A stretch of DNA of 64,000 nucleotides, from assembly GCA_964057225.1 (NCBI GenBank), contig CAXKVF010000080.1, positions 186,001 through 250,000 on the forward strand, given 5' to 3'. Numbering within the stretch: the first letter of the stretch is position 1; the number at the start of each line of letters is the position of its first letter. A model generated the notes under the pieces. It was not told the DNA's origin. It did no database searches and saw only the letters and a list, made by a program, of their open reading frames with translations. This document shows, piece by piece, positions 54,301 to 64,000 of this stretch. The translations under genes and the position numbers were made by a program. Source of the stretch: Auanema rhodensis. Taxonomy: Eukaryota; Animalia; Nematoda.

Positions 54301-57300
54301 AAGATAAAGAGATGCGGTTTTCAAAATTAGATTCCCCATGTCCATATTAGTCTAAAAACAAATTTTTATTGATATTGGTTCATGGTAACCATGACTTTGA
54401 AATTTACGTGAACTTTAATTTATGCTAATTAAATGTACACGTGATGTGCACTTGGTATGTAACTCGCTTCACGTGAAAGATAAAGAGATGCGGTTTTCAA
54501 AATTAGATTCCCCATGTCCATATTAGTCTAAAAACAAATTTTTATTGATATTGCTTCATGGTAACCATGACTTTGAAATTTACGTGAACTTTAATTTATG
54601 CTAATTAAATGTACACGTGATGTGCACTTGGTATGTAACTCGCTTCACGTGAAAGATAAAGAGATGCGGTTTTCAAAATTAGATTCCCCATGTCCATATT
54701 AGTCTAAAAACAAATTTTTATTGATATTGGTTCATGGTAACCATGACTTTGAAATTTACGTGAACTTTAATTTATGCTAATTAAATGTACACGTGATGTG
54801 CACTTGGTATGTAACTCGCTTCACGTGAAAGAAGAAGAGATGCGGTTTTCAAAATTAGATTCCCCATGTCCATATTAGTCTAAAAACAAATTTTTATTGA
54901 TATTGGTTCATGGTAACCATGACTTTGAAATTTACGTGAACTTTAATTTATGCTAATTAAATGTACACGTGATGTGCACTTGGTATGTAACTCGCTTCAT
55001 GTGAAAGATAAAGAGATGCGGTTTTCAAAATTAGATTCCCCATGTCCATATTAGTCTAAAAACAAATTTTTATTGATATTGGTTCATGGTAACCATGACT
55101 TTGAAATTTACGTGAACTTTAATTTATGCTAATTAAATGTACACGTGATGTGCACTTGGTATGTAACTCGCTTCACGTGAAAGAAGAAGAGATGCGGTTT
55201 TCAAAATTAGATTCCCCATGTCCATATTAGTCTAAAAACAAATTTTTATTGATATTGGTTCATGGTAACCATGACTTTGAAATTTACGTGAACTTTAATT
55301 TATGCTAATTAAATGTACACGTGATGTGCACTTGGTATGTAACTCGCTTCATGTGAAAGATAAAGAGATGCGGTTTTCAAAATTAGATTCCCCATGTCCA
55401 TATTAGTCTAAAAACAAATTTTTATTGATATTGGTTCATGGTAACCATGACTTTGAAATTTACGTGAACTTTAATTTATGCTAATTAAATGTACACGTGA
55501 TGTGCACTTGGTATGTAACTCGCTTCACGTGAAAGATAAAGAGATGCGGTTTTCAAAATTAGATTCCCCATGTCCATATTAGTCTAAAAACAAATTTTTA
55601 TTGATATTGGTGCATGGTAACCATGACTTTGAAATTTACGTGAACTTTAATTTATGCTAATTAAATGTACACGTGATGTGCACTTGGTATGTAACTCGCT
55701 TCACGTGAAAGATGAAGAGATGCGGTTTTCAAAATTAGATTCCCCATGTCCATATTAGTCTAAAAACAAATTTTTATTGATATTGGTGCATGGTAACCAT
55801 GACTTTGAAATTTACGTGAACTTTAATTTATGCTAATTAAATGTACACGTGATGTGCACTTGGTATGTAACTCGCTTCACGTGAAAGATAAAGAGATGCG
55901 GTTTTCAAAATTATATTCCCCATGTCCATATTAGTTTAAAAACAAATTTTTATTGATATTGGTGCATGGTAACCATGACTTTGAAATTTACGTGAACTTT
56001 AATTTATGCTAATTAAATGTACACGTGATGTGCACTTGGTATGTAACTCGCTTCACGTGAAAGATAAAGAGATGCGGTTTTCAAAATTAGATTCCCCATG
56101 TCCATATTAGTCTAAAAACAAATTTTTATTGATATTGGTTCATGGTAACCATGACTTTGAAATTTACGTGAACTTTAATTTATGCTAATTAAATGTACAC
56201 GTGATGTGCACTTGGTATGTAACTCGCTTCACGTGAAAGATAAAGAGATGCGGTTTTCAAAATTAGATTCCCCATGGCCATATTAGTCTAAAAACAAATT
56301 TTTATTGATATTGGTGCATGGTAACCATGACTTTGAAATTTACGTGAACTTTAATTTATGCTAATTAAATGTACACGTGATGTGCACTTGGTATGTAACT
56401 CGCTTCACGTGAAAGATAAAGAGATGCGGTTTTCAAAATTAGATTCCCCATGTCCATATTAGTCTAAAAACAAATTTTTATTGATATTGGTGCATGGTAA
56501 CCATGACTTTGAAATTTACGTGAACTTTAATTTATGCTAATTAAATGTACACGTGATGTGCACTTGGTATGTAACTCGCTTCACGTGAAAGATAAAGAGA
56601 TGCGGTTTTCAAAATTAGATTCCCCATGTCCATATTAGTCTAAAAACAAATTTTTATTGATATTGGTTCATGGTAACCATGACTTTGAAATTTACGTGAA
56701 CTTTAATTTATGCTAATTAAATGTACACGTGATGTGCACTTGGTATGTAACTCGCTTCACGTGAAAGAAGAAGAGATGCGGTTTTCAAAATTAGATTCCC
56801 CATGTCCATATTAGTCTAAAAACAAATTTTTATTGATATTGGTTCATGGTAACCATGACTTTGAAATTTACGTGAACTTTAATTTATGCTAATTAAATGT
56901 ACACGTGATGTGCACTTGGTATGTAACTCGCTTCATGTGAAAGATAAAGAGATGCGGTTTTCAAAATTAGATTCCCCATGTCCATATTAGTCTAAAAACA
57001 AATTTTTATTGATATTGGTTCATGGTAACCATGACTTTGAAATTTACGTGAACTTTAATTTATGCTAATTAAATGTACACGTGATGTGCACTTGGTATGT
57101 AACTCGCTTCACGTGAAAGAAGAAGAGATGCGGTTTTCAAAATTAGATTCCCCATGTCCATATTAGTCTAAAAACAAATTTTTATTGATATTGGTTCATG
57201 GTAACCATGACTTTGAAATTTACGTGAACTTTAATTTATGCTAATTAAATGTACACGTGATGTGCACTTGGTATGTAACTCGCTTCATGTGAAAGATAAA

Positions 57301-60300
57301 GAGATGCGGTTTTCAAAATTAGATTCCCCATGTCCATATTAGTCTAAAAACAAATTTTTATTGATATTGGTTCATGGTAACCATGACTTTGAAATTTACG
57401 TGAACTTTAATTTATGCTAATTAAATGTACACGTGATGTGCACTTGGTATGTAACTCGCTTCACGTGAAAGATAAAGAGATGCGGTTTTCAAAATTAGAT
57501 TCCCCATGTCCATATTAGTCTAAAAACAAATTTTTATTGATATTGGTGCATGGTAACCATGACTTTGAAATTTACGTGAACTTTAATTTATGCTAATTAA
57601 ATGTACACGTGATGTGCACTTGGTATGTAACTCGCTTCACGTGAAAGATGAAGAGATGCGGTTTTCAAAATTAGATTCCCCATGTCCATATTAGTCTAAA
57701 AACAAATTTTTATTGATATTGGTGCATGGTAACCATGACTTTGAAATTTACGTGAACTTTAATTTATGCTAATTAAATGTACACGTGATGTGCACTTGGT
57801 ATGTAACTCGCTTCACGTGAAAGATAAAGAGATGCGGTTTTCAAAATTATATTCCCCATGTCCATATTAGTTTAAAAACAAATTTTTATTGATATTGGTG
57901 CATGGTAACCATGACTTTGAAATTTACGTGAACTTTAATTTATGCTAATTAAATGTACACGTGATGTGCACTTGGTATGTAACTCGCTTCACGTGAAAGA
58001 TAAAGAGATGCGGTTTTCAAAATTAGATTCCCCATGTCCATATTAGTCTAAAAACAAATTTTTATTGATATTGGTTCATGGTAACCATGACTTTGAAATT
58101 TACGTGAACTTTAATTTATGCTAATTAAATGTACACGTGATGTGCACTTGGTATGTAACTCGCTTCACGTGAAAGATAAAGAGATGCGGTTTTCAAAATT
58201 AGATTCCCCATGGCCATATTAGTCTAAAAACAAATTTTTATTGATATTGGTGCATGGTAACCATGACTTTGAAATTTACGTGAACTTTAATTTATGCTAA
58301 TTAAATGTACACGTGATGTGCACTTGGTATGTAACTCGCTTCACGTGAAAGATAAAGAGATGCGGTTTTCAAAATTAGATTCCCCATGTCCATATTAGTC
58401 TAAAAACAAATTTTTATTGATATTGGTGCATGGTAACCATGACTTTGAAATTTACGTGAACTTTAATTTATGCTAATTAAATGTACACGTGATGTGCACT
58501 TGGTATGTTACTCGCTTCACGTGAAAGATAAAGAGATGCGGTTTTCAAAATTAGATTCCCCATGTCCATATTAGTCTAAAAACAAATTTTTATTGATATT
58601 GGTTCATGGTAACCATGACTTTGAAATTTACGTGAACTTTAATTTATGCTAATTAAATGTAGACGTGATGTGCACTTGGTATGTAACTCGCTTCACGTGA
58701 AAGATAAAGAGATGCGGTTTTCAAAATTAGATTCCCCATGTCCATATTAGTCTAAAAACAAATTTTTATTGATATTAGTTCATGGTAACCATGACTTTGA
58801 AATTTACGTGAACTTTAATTTATGCTAATTAAATGTACACGTGATGTGCACTTGGTATGTAACTCGCTTCACGTGAAAGATAAAGAGATGCGGTTTTCAA
58901 AATTAGATTCCCCATGTCCATATTAGTCTAAAAACAAATTTTTATTGATATTGGTTCATGGTAACCATGACTTTGAAATTTACGTGAACTTTAATTTATG
59001 CTAATTAAATGTACACGTGATGTGCACTTGGTATGTAACTCGCTTCACGTGAAAGATAAAGAGATGCGGTTTTCAAAATTAGATTCCCCATGTTCATATT
59101 AGTCTAAAAACAAATTTTTATTGATATTGGTGCATGGTAACCATGACTTTGAAATTTACGTGAACTTTAATTCATGCTAATTAAATGTACACGTGATGTG
59201 CACTTGGTATGTAACTTGCTTCACGTGAAAGATAAAGAGATGCGGTTTTCAAAATTAGATTCCCCATGTCCATATTAGTCTAAAAACAAATTTTTATTGA
59301 TATTGGTGCATGGTAACCATGACTTTGAAATTTACGTGAACTTTAATTTATGCTAATTAAATGTACACGTGATGTGCACTTGGTATGTAACTCGCTTCAC
59401 GTGAAAGATGAAGAGATGCGGTTTTCAAAATTAGATTCCCCATGTCCATATTAGTTTAAAAACAAATTTTTATTGATATTGGTGCATGGTAACCATGACT
59501 TTGAAATTTACGTGAACTTTAATTTATGCTAATTAAATGTACACGTGATGTGCACTTGGTATGTAACTCGCTTCACGTGAAAGATAAAGAGATGCGGTTT
59601 TCAAAATTAGATTCCCCATGTCCATATTAGTCTAAAAACAAATTTTTATTGATATTGGTTCATGCTAACCATGACTTTGAAATTTACGTGCACTTTAATT
59701 TATGCTAATTAAATGTACACGTGATGTGCACTTGGTATGTAACTCGCTTCACGTGAAAGATAAAGAGATGCGGTTTTCAAAATTAGATTCCCCCTGTCCA
59801 TATTAGTTTAAAAACAAATTTTTATTGATATTGGTGCATGGTAACCATGACTTTGAAATTTACGTGAACTTTAATTTATGCTAATTAAATTTACACGTGA
59901 TGTGCACTTGGTATGTAACTCGCTTCACGTGAAAGAAGAAGAGATGCGGTTTTCAAAATTAGATTCCCCATGTCCATATTAGTCTAAAAACAAATTTTTA
60001 TTGATATTGGTTCATGGTAACCATGACTTTGAAATTTACGTGAACTTTAATTTATGCTAATTAAATGTACACGTGATGTGCACTTGGTATGTAACTCGCT
60101 TCACGTGAAAGATAAAGAGATGCGGTTTTCAAAATTAGATTCCCCATGTCCATATTAGTCTAAAAACAAATTTTTATTGATATTGGTTCATGGTAACCAT
60201 GACTTTGAAATTTACGTGAACTTTAATTTATGCTAATTAAATGTACACGTGATGTGCACTTGGTATGTAACTCGCTTCACGTGAAAGATAAAGAGATGCG

Positions 60301-60497
60301 GTTTTCAAAATTAGATTCCCCATGTCCATATTAGTCTAAAAACAAATTTTTATTGATATTGCTTCATGGTAACCATGACTTTGAAATTTACGTGAACTTT
60401 AATTTATGCTAATTAAATGTACACGTGATGTGCACTTGGTATGTAACTCGCTTCACGTGAAAGATAAAGAGATGCGGTTTTCAAAATTAGATTCCCC
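51315..60497. repeat. Nested higher-order duplication: a 22-monomer repeat with a superimposed tandem 11-monomer duplication (~54557-58508), giving offsets of 22, 11 and 33 monomers
   Basis: ATATTCC at 52042/55914/57850 and CATGGCC at 52405/56277/58213 (steps of 3872 and 1936 bp). Pairs 5808 bp apart: 52701/58509, 52854/58662, 52969/58777, 53286/59094, 53409/59217, 53883/59691. Confidence 0.93.
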
Positions 60498-63400
60498 CTG
60501 TCCATATTAGTCTAAAAACAAATTTTTATTGATATTGCTTCATGGTAACCATGACTTTGAAATTTACGTGAACTTTAATTTATGCTAATTAAATGTACAC
60601 GTGATGTGCACTTGGTATGTAACTCGCTTCACGTGAAAGATAAAGAGATGCGGTTTTCAAAATTAGATTCCCCATGTCCATATTAGTCTAAAAACAAATT
60701 TTTATTGATATTGCTTCATGGTAACCATGACTTTGAAATTTACGTGAACTTTAATTTATGCTAATTAAATGTACACGTGATGTGCACTTGGTATGTAACT
60801 CGCTTCACGTGAAAGATAAAGAGATGCGGTTTTCAAAATTAGATTCCCCATGTCCATATTAGTCTAAAAACAAATTTTTATTGATATTGGTGCATGGTAA
60901 CCATGACTTTGAAATTTACGTGAACTTTAATTTATGCTAATTAAATGTACACGTGATGTGCACTTGGTATGTAACTCGCTTCACGTGAAAGATAAAGAGA
61001 TGCGGTTTTCAAAATTAGATTCCCCATGTCCATATTAGTCTAAAAACAAATTTTTATTGATATTGCTTCATGGTAACCATGACTTTGAAATTTACGTGAA
61101 CTTTAATTTATGCTAATTAAATGTACACGTGATGTGCACTTGGTATGTAACTCGCTTCACGTGAAAGATAAAGAGATGCGGTTTTCAAAATTAGATTCCC
61201 CATGTCCATATTAGTCTAAAAACAAATTTTTATTGATATTGCTTCATGGTAACCATGACTTTGAAATTTACGTGAACTTTAATTTATGCTAATTAAATGT
61301 ACACGTGATGTGCACTTGGTATGTAACTCGCTTCACGTGAAAGATAAAGAGATGCGGTTTTTAAAATTAGATTCCCCATGTCCATATTAGTCTCAAAACA
61401 AATTTTTATTGATATTGGTTCATGGTAACCATGACTTTGAAATTTACGTGAACTTTAATTTATGCTAATTAAATGTACACGTGATGTGCACTTGGTATGT
61501 AACTCGCTTCACGTGAAAGATAAAGAGATGCGGTTTTTAAAATTAGATTCCCCATGTCCATATTAGTCTCAAAACAAATTTTTATTGATATTGGTTCATG
61601 GTAACCATGACTTTGAAATTTACGTGAACTTTAATTTATGCTAATTAAATGTACACGTGATGTGCACTTGGTATGTAACTCGCTTCACGTGAAAGATAAA
61701 GAGATGCGGTTTTCAAAATTAGATTCCCCATGTCCATATTAGTCTAAAAACAAATTTTTATTGATATTGGTGCATGGTAACCATGACTTTGAAATTTACG
61801 TGAACTTTAATTTATGCTAATTAAATGTACACGTGATGTGCACTTGGTATGTAAATCGCTTCACGTGAAAGATAAAGAGATGCGGTTTTCAAAATTAGAT
61901 TCCCCATGTCCATATTAGTCTAAAAACAAATTTTTATTGATATTGGTTCATGGTAACCATGACTTTGAAATTTATGTGAACTTTAATTTATGCTAATTAA
62001 ATGTACACGTGATGTGCACTTGGTATGTAACTCGCTTCACGTGAAAGATAAAGAGATGCGGTTTTCAAAATTAGATTCCCCATGTCCATATTAGTCTAAA
62101 AACAAATTGTTATTGATATTGCTTCATGGTAACCATGACTTTGAAATTTACGTGAACTTTAATTTATGCTAATTAAATGTACACGTGATGTGCACTTGGT
62201 ATGTAACTCGCTTCACGTGAAAGATAAAGAGATGCGGTTTTCAAAATTAGATTCCCCCTGTCCATATTAGTCTAAAAACAAATTTTTATTGATATTGGTT
62301 CATGGTAACCATGACTTTGAAATTTACGTGAACTTTAATTTATGCTAATTAAAAGTACACGTGATGTGCACTTGGTATGTAACTCGCTTCACGTGAAAGA
62401 TAAAGAGATGCGGTTTTCAAAATTAGATTCCCCATGTCCATATTAGTCTAAAAACAAATTTTTATTGATATTGGTTCATGGTAACCATGACTTTGAAATT
62501 TACGTGAACTTTAATTTATGCTAATTAAATGTACACGTGATGTGCACTTGGTATGTAACTCGCTTCACGTGAAAGATAAAGAGATGCGGTTTTCAAAATT
62601 AGATTCCCCATGTCCATATTAGTCTAAAAACAAATTTTTATTGATATTGGTGCATGGTAACCATGACTTTGAAATTTACGTGAACTTTAATTTATGCTAA
62701 TTAAATGTACACGTGATGTGCACTTGGTATGTAACTCGCTTCACGTGAAAGATAAAGAGATGCGGTTTTCAAAATTAGATTCCCCATGTCCATATTAGTC
62801 TAAAAACAAATTTTGATTGATATTGGTTCATGGTAACCATGACTTTGAAATTTATGTGAACTTTAATTTATGCTAATTAAATGTACACGTGATGTGCACT
62901 TGGTATGTAACTCGCTTCACGTGAAAGATAAAGAGATGCGGTTTTCAAAATTAGATTCCCCATGTCCATATTAGTCTAAAAACAAATTTTTATTGATATT
63001 GCTTCATGGTAACCATGACTTTGAAATTTACGTGAACTTTAATTTATGCTAATTAAATGTACACGTGATGTGCACTTGGTATGTAACTCGCTTCACGTGA
63101 AAGATAAAGAGATGCGGTTTTCAAAATTAGATTCCCCCTGTCCATATTAGTCTAAAAACAAATTTTTATTGATATTGCTTCATGGTAACCATGACTTTGA
63201 AATTTACGTGAACTTTAATTTATGCTAATTAAATGTACACGTGATGTGCACTTGGTATGTAACTCGCTTCACGTGAAAGATAAAGAGATGCGGTTTTCAA
63301 AATTAGATTCCCCATGTCCATATTAGTCTAAAAACAAATTTTTATTGATATTGCTTCATGGTAACCATGACTTTGAAATTTACGTGAACTTTAATTTATG

Positions 63401-64000
63401 CTAATTAAATGTACACGTGATGTGCACTTGGTATGTAACTCGCTTCACGTGAAAGATAAAGAGATGCGGTTTTCAAAATTAGATTCCCCATGTCCATATT
63501 AGTCTAAAAACAAATTTTTATTGATATTGGTGCATGGTAACCATGACTTTGAAATTTACGTGAACTTTAATTTATGCTAATTAAATGTACACGTGATGTG
63601 CACTTGGTATGTAACTCGCTTCACGTGAAAGATAAAGAGATGCGGTTTTCAAAATTAGATTCCCCATGTCCATATTAGTCTAAAAACAAATTTTTATTGA
63701 TATTGCTTCATGGTAACCATGACTTTGAAATTTACGTGAACTTTAATTTATGCTAATTAAATGTACACGTGATGTGCACTTGGTATGTAACTCGCTTCAC
63801 GTGAAAGATAAAGAGATGCGGTTTTCAAAATTAGATTCCCCATGTCCATATTAGTCTCAAAACAAATTTTTATTGATATTGGTTCATGGTAACCATGACT
63901 TTGAAATTTACGTGAACTTTAATTTATGCTAATTAAATGTACACGTGATGTGCACTTGGTATGTAACTCGCTTCACGTGAAAGATAAAGAGATGCGGTTT

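Larger units (their letters stand above)
1..64000. repeat. 176-bp tandem satellite DNA array (~363.6 monomers, head-to-tail, single orientation), probably centromeric or pericentromeric; continues past both window edges
   Basis: TAACCATGAC recurs at 1, 177, 353 and so on. The 60-nt line pattern repeats every 2640 bp (15 x 176) up to ~30.4 kb, then shifts by +1. Consensus GC is 56/176. No non-satellite sequence seen. The centromeric role is inferred from monomer size and homogeneity only. Confidence 0.99.

Noticed and set aside
1-64000. CRISPR array or repeat-spacer system, suggested by regularly spaced palindromes
   Set aside because: The sequence between palindromes is as invariant as the palindromes. 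There are no unique spacers, leader or cas genes.
1-64000. GTT/CTT/GTG subtype order as an encoded message or programmed variation
   Set aside because: The order is adequately explained by nested tandem duplications traced with independent rare variants. Nothing indicates a templated or functional code.

Overview
The whole 64 kb window is one uninterrupted, head-to-tail array of a 176-bp AT-rich satellite monomer (about 363.6 copies, consensus about 32% GC, all in one orientation). Consensus from position 1: TAACCATGACTTTGAAATTTACGTGAACTTTAATTTATGCTAATTAAATGTACACGTGATGTGCACTTGGTATGTAACTCGCTTCACGTGAAAGATAAAGAGATGCGGTTTTCAAAATTAGATTCCCCATGTCCATATTAGTCTAAAAACAAATTTTTATTGATATTG[GTT/CTT/GTG]CATGG. 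Copies typically differ from it by 0-3 substitutions, and I saw only one indel (+1 bp near 30,397). I found no genes, RNA genes, transposons or CRISPR spacers. The four 60-aa ORFs are single monomers in which the one in-frame TAG has mutated. The monomer length and very high homogeneity fit a eukaryotic centromeric or pericentromeric satellite core, but this is inference and the species cannot be determined from the sequence. The informative structure lies in the rare variants. They reveal nested, monomer-phased duplications (offsets of 2, 4, 6, 8, 11, 16, 19, 22, 32 and 33 monomers), kilobase-scale domains of three monomer subtypes, and a dyad-rich monomer with three ACGTGA motifs 32-33 bp apart. 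I found no evidence of a new protein-coding system. Variants were read by eye, so block boundaries are approximate.
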